Shown in pieces: positions 1 through 9,158 of a DNA stretch of 64,000 nt. Origin of the DNA: an uncultured Candidatus Bathyarchaeia archaeon. Lineage in GTDB: Archaea > Thermoproteota > CALKCG01 > B24 > JAWCPE01. How positions within the stretch are numbered: the first letter of the stretch is position 1; the number at the start of each line of letters is the position of its first letter. A program made the position numbers and the translations under genes. Under the pieces are notes generated by a model, which searched no databases, was not told the DNA's origin, and was given only the letters and a program-made list of their open reading frames with translations. The stretch is taken from NCBI GenBank assembly GCA_964427455.1, contig CAYRUY010000001.1:22090-86089 (forward strand), written 5' to 3'.

Positions 1-287
1 CGAGAAAGGGGTGGCCGCTACGCAGGCGATGTCGTTGAGGTTCATCGCCAGAACGTCTTGCGCCAAGCCCTTGAAGACCTCGATGCTGCCAGACTCCTTC
101 CAGAGGAGGTAGCTCACTATCGGCTTGGTCCCCGCGCTGTCCGTGTGGAGGACAAGGCCGATATCAGGCCTCTCCGGGTCTCTTGTAACGATGCAGAAGG
201 CGCCGGGGAAGAGGTTCCCTGTGAGTTGTTGAAAGACCTCGATGCCTCGCTTCTGCACGTCGACGCCTAGTTCCTCGTATCTGGACA
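1..287 (-). CDS. Partial (5' part only, runs off window) AIR synthase-related protein, PurM-like
   Basis: Minus-strand translation from ATG at 287: MSRYEELGVDVQKRGIEVFQQ...DSAGTKP...DVLAMNLNDIACVAATPFS resembles PurM N-terminus (YKDAGVDIDAGN ... MGVNDLVVQGAEPLFF). Truncated by the window edge, so not in the ORF track. Confidence 0.45.
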
Positions 288-368
288 TCATCCATCGCAA
301 CTAGCAGCCAGGTGATTTAAGTCTGCCAGCCTTTCCTTACAGGGCTATGCTCTCGGCGCTACGCCGCC

Positions 369-1145
369 TCAACGCGTCCTCGCTCTCGCGGCTCTATTCG
401 CGATCAACGCGGCGAACGCGCCGGCAGCGACACCAGCGTCGATGTTGACGACCGCCAATCCTAGAGAGCAGGCCTGAAGCATCGCCATCAACGCGCTGAG
501 CCCCTTCTCTCCAAACCCGTAGCCTGAGGACGTTGGCACAGCGACCACCGGAACATCGACCATCCCGGCGACGACAGATGCCATTGCACCCTCGCGGCCG
601 GCGATCGCCACTATGACATCGACGTTCTCCTCAACCATCATCTTCAGCGATGGAAAGAGCCTGTGAATGCCCGCGACCCCTACATCGTACGCAGAGATGA
701 CGGCGCAGCCCATCTCCTCGGCAACAACCCTCACTTCGTCCGCGACAGGTATGTCGGAGGTCCCAGCGGTGAGAACCCCGACCTTCCCGCCGGTTGGCTC
801 AGGGCGAATCCCGAGCCCTCGCAGAATGACTATCCGAGCGGGTTCTCGAACATCCAATGAGACATCTGCCAGCACAGCTGCCTTCAGGGCTTCTATGACG
901 TCCGCGCTAGCTCTACTTACGATTGCTCGTCCCGTTCTCGAGACAGTCTCCAAAGCGATCTTCACAACGTCCCCTGTGGACTTTCCCTCGGCCAAGATGA
1001 TCTCAGGAATGCCCTTTCTGGCCTGGCGGTTAATGTCAATCTTCGCCAAGGAGGCGACCTCGGCGATCGCGGTTATCCTGAGCTCTCTCTCAGCCTCGTC
1101 CAGCGTTATCGAGCCGTCAATGAGCTTCCGAAGGATCTCCCTCAA
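369..1145 (-). CDS. larB: LarB, nickel-pincer cofactor biosynthesis carboxylase (PurE paralog)
   Basis: 258 aa. N-terminal ~80 aa extension precedes a PurE-like core (GVLTAGTSDIPVADE...); 'ISAYDVGVAGIHRL' replaces the PurE 'SAHRTP' motif, as in LarB. Divergent from larC. Confidence 0.7.
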   Translation of the reverse strand: MREILRKLIDGSITLDEAERELRITAIAEVASLAKIDINRQARKGIPEIILAEGKSTGDVVKIALETVSRTGRAIVSRASADVIEALKAAVLADVSLDVREPARIVILRGLGIRPEPTGGKVGVLTAGTSDIPVADEVRVVAEEMGCAVISAYDVGVAGIHRLFPSLKMMVEENVDVIVAIAGREGAMASVVAGMVDVPVVAVPTSSGYGFGEKGLSALMAMLQACSLGLAVVNIDAGVAAGAFAALIANRAARARTR

Positions 1146-1208
1146 GCATCGATACCCAAGGCCAAAGATATTTCTGTGACGCTTTATCCTTTGCGAAAGT
1201 GAGCAACA

Positions 1209-2486
1209 ATGAGGCCTCAGGGAAACGTCCTGGTCGTAGACTGCCAGCTGGCTGGGATCTCAGGAGACATGATGGTCGCGGCCCTCCTCAGCCTAGGAGC
1301 TGACGAGGCGAAGGTCATCGACGCAATGAGGTCTGTCAGCCGTCACGTGAAGGGGTGCCGAGGCGTAGACGTCGCTGTGAGCCGCGTTCGCCGACTAGGA
1401 TTCGCCGCTCAGAAAGTAGAGGTCAAGGCTGACGACGAGGAGGATGAGAGAAGAGGGCCCGATCTGGTTGAGGCTGTGTGCGCCTCGGCTGAAGCACTGG
1501 GCCTAACAGAGGCCGCGGGCGCGATGGCGGTCGGCGCCGCGAGGGCGATGGTTGAGGCAGAGGCGAAGATACACGGCGAAGACCCCGAGAAGGTTGACCT
1601 GCATGAGATAGGCTCATCGGATACCGTGGCGGACCTGATCGGGGCAGCCGCAGCCCTCGACAGCCTAGGGTTCTTCCAAGGCTTCAGATGTTACACTACG
1701 CCCGTCGCCGTAGGCGGAGGCCTCTTCAGGTTCTCGCATGGACTTCTCCAGAGCCCGGCACCGATAACCCTAGAGATCCTCAGGTTGCACGGCATCCCTA
1801 TCATCGGGGGCCCCGTAGACGCCGAGCTGGCAACTCCAACCGGTGCCGCTATCCTAGCCGAGATGAGGCCGACCGCGGTCTCCTACTATCCTCCCATCAA
1901 GCCTCGCTCTGTCGGCTACGGGGCTGGCGCCAAGGAACTCGCAGGGGTACCCAACGTCTTGAGAATCGTCTTGGGGGAGAGCGTGAAACCGTTCCTGAGA
2001 GACGAGATATACGTGCTTGAGACGAACCTGGACGACGCCACGGGGGAGACGATCGGCTACGCTGTAGAGAAGCTGATGGAACGAGGGGCAAAGGATGTGA
2101 GCGTCATACCTGTCCTCGGCAAGAAGGGACGGCCTGGCCAGATCGTTAAGGTTCTGGCGGATAGAGCAACCGTCAACGATCTTGTGAAGATGCTCATCGC
2201 GGAGACTGGGACCCTCGGCGTCAGGGTCTACCCTTGCGAACGGCATGTGATGGCGCGGGAGATGGCGCCCTTGCAGGTGAAGGTGGCCGGTGTTGAGGCT
2301 GTGGTCAACATAAAGGTCTCGAAGGACCCTGATGGGGAAGCTATTCTCCTAAAGCCGGAGTACGAAGACCTCAGAGCTCTCGCGGACAGAACAGGGATGC
2401 CCCTCAGAGCTGTCGCAGAGGAAGTGATGGCGAAAGCCAAACAGGCAGGCCTAGACAGAGCGAGGACGAGCGAGCAGGGCAGCTAG
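1209..2486 (+). CDS. larC: LarC family nickel insertion protein (DUF111)
   Basis: 425 aa. N-terminus VLVVDCQLAGISGDMMVAALLSLGA matches the LarC hallmark (YLDAFSGISGDM...). Size fits LarC. Confidence 0.8.
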   Translation: MRPQGNVLVVDCQLAGISGDMMVAALLSLGADEAKVIDAMRSVSRHVKGCRGVDVAVSRVRRLGFAAQKVEVKADDEEDERRGPDLVEAVCASAEALGLTEAAGAMAVGAARAMVEAEAKIHGEDPEKVDLHEIGSSDTVADLIGAAAALDSLGFFQGFRCYTTPVAVGGGLFRFSHGLLQSPAPITLEILRLHGIPIIGGPVDAELATPTGAAILAEMRPTAVSYYPPIKPRSVGYGAGAKELAGVPNVLRIVLGESVKPFLRDEIYVLETNLDDATGETIGYAVEKLMERGAKDVSVIPVLGKKGRPGQIVKVLADRATVNDLVKMLIAETGTLGVRVYPCERHVMAREMAPLQVKVAGVEAVVNIKVSKDPDGEAILLKPEYEDLRALADRTGMPLRAVAEEVMAKAKQAGLDRARTSEQGS

Positions 2487-2555
2487 CGCATGAGCTATGT
2501 GAACAGTTGAGGAGACGTTTCAACCACTTTGGACTAGGGCGCGGCGAAAGGCCGT

Positions 2556-2969
2556 TCAAGACGCAGGGACAACGGCTAGTCTCAGCTGTTCTACGCCTCT
2601 TCTCGCTGCGAGCCCCTGGGCTAAGCGCTTGATGGCTGCAACATCGCCTCTGACGGCGACGATCTGTAGGCATCGACGGTCGTCTAAGTGAACATGCATC
2701 GATGAGCTGATGATGCTCTTCATCTCATGCTGAACATCCGTGATCGACTCTTCCAAGCCCCTAACCTCGTGGTCGTAGACCACGACGATGGCGCCGACCG
2801 CCAAGCCCGCCGGCTGGTAAGACCACCTGTACTCGCCTAGGAAGGCTCGCATCGCCTGCTGAACGGCCTTCGACCTGTCCAAGCCAAGAGCTTCGACCGC
2901 CGAGTCGAATTCCTTGAGGAGAACCGGGGGCACCGAGACGCTGAACCTCTCAACACCGCTCTGCGGCAA
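2556..2969 (-). CDS. nikR: Nickel-responsive transcriptional regulator NikR (ribbon-helix-helix + ACT-like Ni-binding domain)
   Basis: 137 aa. Strong resemblance to archaeal NikR: RHH 'RFSVSVPPVLLKEFD...RSKAVQQAM', then 'VVYDHE...VQHE...SSSMHVHLDDRRCLQIVAVRGD' (the H-x-H...C metal site). Confidence 0.75.
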   Translation of the reverse strand: MPQSGVERFSVSVPPVLLKEFDSAVEALGLDRSKAVQQAMRAFLGEYRWSYQPAGLAVGAIVVVYDHEVRGLEESITDVQHEMKSIISSSMHVHLDDRRCLQIVAVRGDVAAIKRLAQGLAARRGVEQLRLAVVPAS

Positions 2970-3184
2970 GGGTTAACCCTGTCCTTGTCTCAGGCCCGGC
3001 CGGACATGACTTAAGGGTTTTGCTTGGGGCCTCGAAGGCCGTGCTGCGAGAGTAGTCTAGCGCAGGCAACATCCTCATTCACATGCTGACATGCGGATAG
3101 AGTTACAGACAACCCGCTGACGTGCGGTGGAACTGAGATTCACAGGAAAGAGTTGCATTTGAGGAGACCAGCGCACGTAAGCGT

Positions 3185-3191
3185 TATAAAC
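3185..3191 (+). promoter_or_regulatory. TATA box (TTATAAA) ~27 nt upstream of the aor GTG start; leaderless-type archaeal promoter
   Basis: 'gcgTTATAAActgagg' at 3182-3197; spacing to the start codon at 3218 is typical of archaeal leaderless mRNAs. Confidence 0.5.
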
Positions 3192-3217
3192 TGAGGACGC
3201 GAAGCCGTAGCGTTGCG

Positions 3218-5110
3218 GTGAGACTTGACTTGTCTGGGGAAATACGTGGATTCGCGGGGCAACTTCTGCGCGTTGATCTTTCGGCGGGGAAGATCTCGGA
3301 GGAGCCGCTTGACTGGGATGCAGCGAGGAGGTTCCTCGGAGGGAAAGGTTACGCAGCGTATATTCTCTACAGGGAGCTAAGGTCGGGCATCGATCCCTTA
3401 GGGCCCGAGAACAAGCTTGTCTTCATGACGGGCCCCCTCACAGGTACACCAGCGCCGGTCGGCAACAGGTTCTGTGTCTGCACGAAGTCGCCTCTCACAG
3501 GGGCCTGGTTGGACAGCCATTGCGGAGGCTCCTGGGCGCCCGAGCTGAAATGGGCCGGGTATGACGGCATCATCGTGGAGGGCACGGCCTCGAAGCCCGT
3601 CTACGTCTCGATCAACAACGAAGATGTCAGGATAAACGACGCCTCATGGCTCTGGGGCTCAGACACCTTCAGCACTGAAAGGATACTCAAAGACATGCAC
3701 GGCTCGAAAGGCGTCCCGAGAGTCGTAGAGATCGGTCCTGCAGGCGAGAAGCAGGCCTTGGTCGCGAACGTCATGTCAGAGGTGAGGGCTGCCGGAAGGG
3801 GCGGGGCTGGGGCCGTGATGGGTTCGAAGAAGCTCAAGGCTATCGTTGCGAAGGGAGATGTGAAGAAGCCTAAAGACCTCGTGGCTGAGCCCAAGGCGTT
3901 CAGGGCCGCACTGAGGAAGGCGTACAAGAAGATCGACGAAGACTTCAGAACGAGCGTTAGGAAACGCGGCGGACTCGTCATCATGGGAACCGCGAACATC
4001 GTGGACGGGATAAACGAGGCAGGCGGGTGGCCTACGAGGAACTTCCAGACCGGGATGTTCGAGGACGTACTCGAGGTCGACGGCATGGCCTTCGCTCAGA
4101 GACTCTGGGTTCCACCTGAGTCGCCGGGCCGGCGGCCGTGCTGGAACTGTCCCATCGCCTGCGCTCACTTAGGGATAGTCAAGGAAGGGAAGTGGGCTGG
4201 AACCGTGGACGAAGGCCCGGAGTACGAGACCGTGTGGTCTTACGGGCCCCAGTGCGGCGTGAAGAGCAGAGAAGCCATAGCCAGGGCCGACTACCTGAGC
4301 GACTATTACGGGATAGACACGATCTCCGTAGGGAACACGATCGGTTTCCTCATGGAGTGCTACGAGAAGGGGCTCATCTCGAAGAAGGACACAGACGGCC
4401 TAGACTTGAGGTTTGGCAACGCAGACGCCATGGTGGAGGCCGTGGAGAGGGCGGGACAGGTCGCAGGCAACCTGGGCGAACTCATAGCGATGGGTTCGAA
4501 GAGGGCAGCTGAGAAGATAGGAAAGGGGTCAGAGAAGTTCGCGATCCACGTCAAGGGCATGGAGTTCCCAGCCTACGAGCCTAGAGCAGCTCAGGGCAAG
4601 GGGCTTGCGTACGCGAGGTCAGACCGCGGGGCCTGCCATCTAAGGCCTTGGACCGCAGGAGCAGAGATGCTAGGATGGGACGGCAAAGACCCTAGGAAGA
4701 CCGAGGGGAAGGCCAAGTGGGTTAAGGACAACACTGAGGACGTCGCGGTCGCCTGGGACTCCTCCGGGCTCTGCCTTTTCGGATCCTTCGCGTTCAACGC
4801 AGATGATGCCTACGATATGGTGGCGCCAGCCACGGGATTCGGCTTCACCTTAGAGGAGTTCAAGAAGATCGGCGAGCGGATAAACAACTTGACGAGGGCC
4901 TTCAACGTCCGCGAGGGATTCAGCAGGAAGGACGACACTCTCCCGTACCGTCAGCTGAAGGAGCCGCTGTCCGTCGGACCATGCAAGGGAATGGTTCTGG
5001 AGCTTGACAAGATGCTGCCCGAGTACTACACGCTCTGCGGCTGGGACAGTGAGGGCAGACCTACACGTCAGAAGCTTAAGGAGCTGGGCTTGGACTTCGC
5101 TATCAAGTAG
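3218..5110 (+). CDS. aor: Tungsten-containing aldehyde:ferredoxin oxidoreductase (AOR family)
   Basis: 630 aa. AOR N-terminal domain signature (LRVDLS...GGKGYAAYILY) and overall length/architecture of AOR family enzymes. Confidence 0.85.
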   Translation: MRLDLSGEIRGFAGQLLRVDLSAGKISEEPLDWDAARRFLGGKGYAAYILYRELRSGIDPLGPENKLVFMTGPLTGTPAPVGNRFCVCTKSPLTGAWLDSHCGGSWAPELKWAGYDGIIVEGTASKPVYVSINNEDVRINDASWLWGSDTFSTERILKDMHGSKGVPRVVEIGPAGEKQALVANVMSEVRAAGRGGAGAVMGSKKLKAIVAKGDVKKPKDLVAEPKAFRAALRKAYKKIDEDFRTSVRKRGGLVIMGTANIVDGINEAGGWPTRNFQTGMFEDVLEVDGMAFAQRLWVPPESPGRRPCWNCPIACAHLGIVKEGKWAGTVDEGPEYETVWSYGPQCGVKSREAIARADYLSDYYGIDTISVGNTIGFLMECYEKGLISKKDTDGLDLRFGNADAMVEAVERAGQVAGNLGELIAMGSKRAAEKIGKGSEKFAIHVKGMEFPAYEPRAAQGKGLAYARSDRGACHLRPWTAGAEMLGWDGKDPRKTEGKAKWVKDNTEDVAVAWDSSGLCLFGSFAFNADDAYDMVAPATGFGFTLEEFKKIGERINNLTRAFNVREGFSRKDDTLPYRQLKEPLSVGPCKGMVLELDKMLPEYYTLCGWDSEGRPTRQKLKELGLDFAIK

Positions 5111-5152
5111 GTTTAAGCCAGTCCTCCCCCCCTTCTAACTAGTGAGTGAAGC

Positions 5153-5431
5153 TTGAAGGTCAAGGTAAGGAGCTTCGGGCCGTTGATGAAGGCTCTAGGG
5201 CATGAGAACGTCCTAGAGCTGCAGGATGGGGCGACGATCGGCCATCTCCTCACAGCGCTCGCTCAGAGAGCTGAGGGGTTCAAAGAGGACTTCCTCCTAG
5301 GGTATGATGACAAGAGGCCGAACATGGCGGTGCTTCTGAACGGCCTCAACATTCAGCTCTTGGAGGGGTTGAAGACTGTCCTAAGAGACGGCGACACAGT
5401 CAGCCTACTCCCTCCCGCCGCTGGAGGGTAA
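5153..5431 (+). CDS. MoaD/ThiS-family ubiquitin-like sulfur carrier (SAMP-like), C-terminal GG
   Basis: 92 aa, ends ...LPPAAGG with a beta-grasp-like pattern. Immediately downstream of aor. Confidence 0.6.
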   Translation: MKVKVRSFGPLMKALGHENVLELQDGATIGHLLTALAQRAEGFKEDFLLGYDDKRPNMAVLLNGLNIQLLEGLKTVLRDGDTVSLLPPAAGG

Positions 5432-5497
5432 GTGCCACCGGATAGCGCGCGATCGACCTTTCCCCTAGCTTTTCAGATGCTCCAGAGGCCTAGCTAA

Positions 5498-6055
5498 TCA
5501 CTCTCCATGGCAGGTCTCAAGCCATCGATAGACCTCCTCGGGCTCAGCGGCGTCTCTGATAGTCCTCATAACGTCCAGAGCAACGCTTCGGCCGCCGACG
5601 TTAAGGCAAGGGACCTCTAGAAGAAGGCAGAGCTTGAAGGCAAACCTCGAGGCGAGGAGCGGAGAGACCGAACCTAGCAGGACGCCTTGCTCCAGGTCCA
5701 CAAGCGGCGGCACACCCTTCGCGGCTCTCCTAGCGGGGCTCGTCAAGGCATCGTACGCCGACAGCCGATAGCAGTGAAGCTCCAAGTACATGTCAGGCCG
5801 ATACTTCTCGAGAAGGGCGAGCACTCGCTTGCCCTCGACCGTTCCGTAGTAAGCAGGCGAAAGGGTGGTCACGTGAGGCCTTCCCCATGACAACATAGGA
5901 GCAACCACTAGAGCGCCCGTTCGGGGCGGGCCCTCCTGAACCAGGGCCTCAAGCAACGGTCTCGTAGCCCTGCCCTCCCGCCCGTGGAGCCCCCCAACAA
6001 ACAGCTTGATGGGGCCTAGAAGGCGCGAGCGGAGAACGTGGAGCCTAAGCCTCAA
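5498..6055 (-). CDS. Hypothetical protein (possible AstE/AspA-like or archaeal DUF; GGLHGxE motif)
   Basis: 185 aa ORF with a 'GGLHGREG' motif reminiscent of zinc-hydrolase HGxE motifs; no confident family assignment. Confidence 0.3.
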   Translation of the reverse strand: MRLRLHVLRSRLLGPIKLFVGGLHGREGRATRPLLEALVQEGPPRTGALVVAPMLSWGRPHVTTLSPAYYGTVEGKRVLALLEKYRPDMYLELHCYRLSAYDALTSPARRAAKGVPPLVDLEQGVLLGSVSPLLASRFAFKLCLLLEVPCLNVGGRSVALDVMRTIRDAAEPEEVYRWLETCHGE

Positions 6056-6186
6056 CTCGATCGAGCTCGGCTATGTGGTTACGGTCTCTGCCCGGCCGTT
6101 ACGAAGGGGAGGCCAACCTGTCCCGTTCTTCGAGAGCCCAAGCAGGGAACTCTTGAGGAGAGCGCAGGGGCTGTAGGCAAGAGTCG

Positions 6187-6597
6187 TCATCCGAGCTCTC
6201 GAACCTCAACTGTCTTCGCTGCGCCATCCTGCAGGATGATAGACTTGAGCTCGGCAAGAGTGATGCGACATTTCGAGGCGTCGGCGATGGCTCGCCATTC
6301 AGCCCGCTGACCTCTCTCCAGGGTGGCCGATTCGGTCGACAAGAGGTCGATGTTCGCTTCGGCCAGCACCTTTGCGACGCGTGCCAAGGAGCCAGGCATG
6401 TCTGCGAGCCCGATCCTCAGCTGTACAAGCCTCGCCTCTGGGTCTGCGAAGGGGGTAAGCCTCACATCTCGAGTCTCGAGGTCTGCGATCGCCATGATGT
6501 ACATTCCCTCCCTGAGGCCTACGCTTTCCCTAAGCCTGACTGGGAGCGAGATCCGCCCCTTAGTGTCCAACTTGAGTATCTCAACCATCCGCGTCAT
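6187..6597 (-). CDS. AbrB/MazE/SpoVT-type DNA-binding domain fused to an ACT domain (putative small-molecule-responsive regulator)
   Basis: 136 aa. N-terminus 'LDTKGRISLPVRLRESVGLREGMYIMA' is a swapped-hairpin AbrB fold; C-terminus 'GLADMPGSLARVAKVLAEANIDL' is ACT-like. Divergent from hisC. Confidence 0.6.
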   Translation of the reverse strand: MTRMVEILKLDTKGRISLPVRLRESVGLREGMYIMAIADLETRDVRLTPFADPEARLVQLRIGLADMPGSLARVAKVLAEANIDLLSTESATLERGQRAEWRAIADASKCRITLAELKSIILQDGAAKTVEVRELG

Positions 6598-6741
6598 TGC
6601 GGTCCTGCCTGTCGAAGGGTGTCGCCAGCAAACCTTTTAAGTTTGTGCCCCGCATTGGGATGAATCCCACAAAGTGCCCACAAGGCTGCGTATGCAGCGG
6701 AAAGCAAGGGTGATCTCTAGACGGAGGCGTAATCCCTGAAG

Positions 6742-7806
6742 ATGGCGCATCTAGCGAGGCAAGCGATCTACCAAGTGCCAGCCTACCGGGACCCTGAGGC
6801 GCTGCCAATGGGGTTTATCAAGCTTGACGCGAACGAGAACCCGTACGCTCCTTCGCCCCTAGTCATTTCGGCGATAGTCAACGACCTCAGGTTTCTTAAC
6901 AGGTATCCGACTGATCCGTCGGCGCTCAGGCAGAGGATCGCGGAGTACGCCCAAACGGCGCCGAACAACATCATCATCGGCAATGGATCGGACGAGATCC
7001 TTGACCTCCTCGCCAAGGCGTTCCTCAATCCAGGCGAAGAAGTCGTCGTCTCAATACCGACGTTCGAGATGTACGAGGTCTTCGCTAAGCTGGCAGGAAC
7101 AAATGTGAAGTCCGTGAGGATGCTGAAAGGCTTCAGATGGAACGTTGAAGCCATCTTGTCCGCGGCTGAGAGGGCGAAGATGGTCGTCCTATGCAGCCCT
7201 AACAACCCAACTGGCAACGCTCTAACCGTACTGGAAGCCAGGGCTATAGCTGACAGCGGCCCCCCAGTCGTCATCGACGAGGCCTACGTGGAGTTCGCCG
7301 AGAGGTCGCTCACGGGCCTACTCGCGGAGAGGGGGAACCTGGTCTTCCTCAGAACCTTCTCGAAGGCCTTCGCCCTCGCCGGCCTAAGAGTCGGCTACGC
7401 GTTGACCAGCCCTGAGATAGCACAGATCCTCTACCGGGTGAAGGCTCCGTACAACGTGAACCGCCTTGCCCTGACAGCTGCCCAAGCGGCTTTGGGGGAC
7501 TTGGACCACATGAGACGCCTTGTGCAGCTGACAAGAGCGGCTCGGAAGGACCTGATCGACCGTCTCGACCGAGTCGACGGCGTCAGGGTGTACCCTTCGG
7601 AGGCAAACTTTGTACTTCTGGAACTGAAGCAGCCATGCCGCCTATCGGAGAATCTTGCGGAAACGCTGTGGAGGAGGGGGTTCGCCGTTAGGGACTGCAG
7701 CAGGTTGCCGGGCTTGGACGGAGCCTACGTGCGGGTCACTGTCGGCACACGCTTGGAGAACAAGCGCTTCGTGGAATGCTTGGAGTCGGTGCTTGAGGAC
7801 GCCTAG
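6742..7806 (+). CDS. hisC: Histidinol-phosphate aminotransferase
   Basis: 354 aa. Class I/II aminotransferase with HisC-typical 'KLDANENPY' and PLP lysine region 'RTFSKAFALAGLRVGY'. Confidence 0.9.
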   Translation: MAHLARQAIYQVPAYRDPEALPMGFIKLDANENPYAPSPLVISAIVNDLRFLNRYPTDPSALRQRIAEYAQTAPNNIIIGNGSDEILDLLAKAFLNPGEEVVVSIPTFEMYEVFAKLAGTNVKSVRMLKGFRWNVEAILSAAERAKMVVLCSPNNPTGNALTVLEARAIADSGPPVVIDEAYVEFAERSLTGLLAERGNLVFLRTFSKAFALAGLRVGYALTSPEIAQILYRVKAPYNVNRLALTAAQAALGDLDHMRRLVQLTRAARKDLIDRLDRVDGVRVYPSEANFVLLELKQPCRLSENLAETLWRRGFAVRDCSRLPGLDGAYVRVTVGTRLENKRFVECLESVLEDA

Positions 7807-7836
7807 CGGGGCGATGGACGGGTTGGCGAAGCTGTT

Positions 7837-8565
7837 ATGATGGTCATACCCTCGGTTGACATCAAGGATGGCCGATGCGTGAAGCTTGTTCAAGGGAGGC
7901 CGGGTACCGGGCTTGATGTGTCAAGTGACCCGCTGGCGGTCGCCAAGCACTGGCAGAAACAGGGAGCAGAGATGCTCCATGTGGTGGACCTTGACGGCGC
8001 GATCTCTGGCAGCCAGGGAAACCGTGACCTGGTCAAGCGCTTGGTCGCAGCCAGCTCAATCCCTGTCCAGGTGGGCGGAGGCGTCAGAACCGTTGAGGAT
8101 GCCCTGTCGCTTACGTCTTCAGGGGCTTACCGTGTCATCGTGGGCACCGCCGCGCTTAAGGACCTGGTGTTCATCGAGGAGCTTGCGGCGAGGATTGGAC
8201 CTCGGCGAGTCTTCATCTCCTTGGACGCTAGGAGAGACATCGTCCTCAGACAGGGATGGACTGCGGAGACCGATGAGCCTCCGACCTGGTGGGCCAGGCG
8301 GTTTGAGGCATCAGGCATAGGCGGCTTCCTCTACACGGATGTCTCTGTAGAGGGAACCTTGAGAGGGCCGAGCCTTCCGGCAGTGAAGGAGTTAGTCGAC
8401 AGAACGAGGCTGCCTGTCATCTACGCGGGAGGCGTCTCCTCGCTTCGGGATCTAGTCGAGCTTTCACGGGTTGGAGTCGAGGCTGTGGTGGTGGGGATGG
8501 CGCTCTACCGGGGCAGGTTCACTTTGCAGGAGGCTCAGGAGGCGTGTAGGCATGCGAAGGGCTGA
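7837..8565 (+). CDS. hisA: ProFAR isomerase (1-(5-phosphoribosyl)-5-[(5-phosphoribosylamino)methylideneamino]imidazole-4-carboxamide isomerase)
   Basis: 242 aa. 'VIPSVDIKDGRCVKLVQG' and 'VVDLDGA' HisA motifs. Confidence 0.9.
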   Translation: MMVIPSVDIKDGRCVKLVQGRPGTGLDVSSDPLAVAKHWQKQGAEMLHVVDLDGAISGSQGNRDLVKRLVAASSIPVQVGGGVRTVEDALSLTSSGAYRVIVGTAALKDLVFIEELAARIGPRRVFISLDARRDIVLRQGWTAETDEPPTWWARRFEASGIGGFLYTDVSVEGTLRGPSLPAVKELVDRTRLPVIYAGGVSSLRDLVELSRVGVEAVVVGMALYRGRFTLQEAQEACRHAKG

Positions 8566-9142
8566 GATCAGAAGGGAAACCTTGGAGACAGTAGTTCGAG
8601 TGAGCGTCAACCTAGATGGCACGGGGCTGGCTGAGATCAAGACAGGCGTCACGTTTCTCAACCATCTCCTGGGCGCCGCCTCGAAGCACGGCTTGATAGA
8701 TCTGAAGATCGTAGCTGAGAGCCGTGGGGAACGGGATCCTCACCACTTGGCGGAGGACACCGCGATAGCGCTCGGACAGGCGATCAACTCCGCCCTGGGA
8801 GAGAAGAAGGGCGTCCGTCGCTTCGGCTCCGCGCTCGTCCCTATGGATGAGGCGATCGCTGGGATCGCCTTGGACCTGAGCGGACGAGGCTACTTTGTCT
8901 TCGATGGTGACCTCGCATCAACATCGGCCAAGGGGATTGACGCCGAGATGATCCGTCACTTCCTCCAGAGCCTAGCGTCCAACGGTAGGTTTACGCTCCA
9001 CGTGACGAGGTTGCAGGGCCGGGATTACCACCATAAGACGGAGGCCCTGTTCAAGGCTCTCGGGATCGCCCTGCGAGAGGCAGTTGAACTGGACCCGAGG
9101 CTCGGAGACCAAGTTCCAAGCCAGAAGGGCATCATCGAGTGA
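8552..9142 (+). CDS. hisB: Imidazoleglycerol-phosphate dehydratase
   Basis: Start moved to the internal ATG at 8552 ([13 protein letters not shown]...). IGPD motifs '[14 protein letters not shown]' and '[14 protein letters not shown]'. The ORF-track start at 8471 would overlap hisA by 95 nt. Confidence 0.85.
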   Translation: MRRAEIRRETLETVVRVSVNLDGTGLAEIKTGVTFLNHLLGAASKHGLIDLKIVAESRGERDPHHLAEDTAIALGQAINSALGEKKGVRRFGSALVPMDEAIAGIALDLSGRGYFVFDGDLASTSAKGIDAEMIRHFLQSLASNGRFTLHVTRLQGRDYHHKTEALFKALGIALREAVELDPRLGDQVPSQKGIIE

Positions 9143-9158
9143 AGGAGAACACGCGCAG

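Noticed and set aside
58-270. 70-aa plus-strand ORF at the window start
   Set aside because: It lies antisense to the better-supported partial PurM-like gene (1-287, minus strand).
6783-7274. Long antisense ORFs inside hisC, hisF, hisD, AOR, GDE and other genes (e.g. 6783-7274, 9275-9802, 10204-10707, 3601-4086, 16463-16780)
   Set aside because: These are shadow ORFs expected in ~60% GC DNA. They have low-complexity Arg/Pro/Ser-rich translations and lie opposite well-supported genes.
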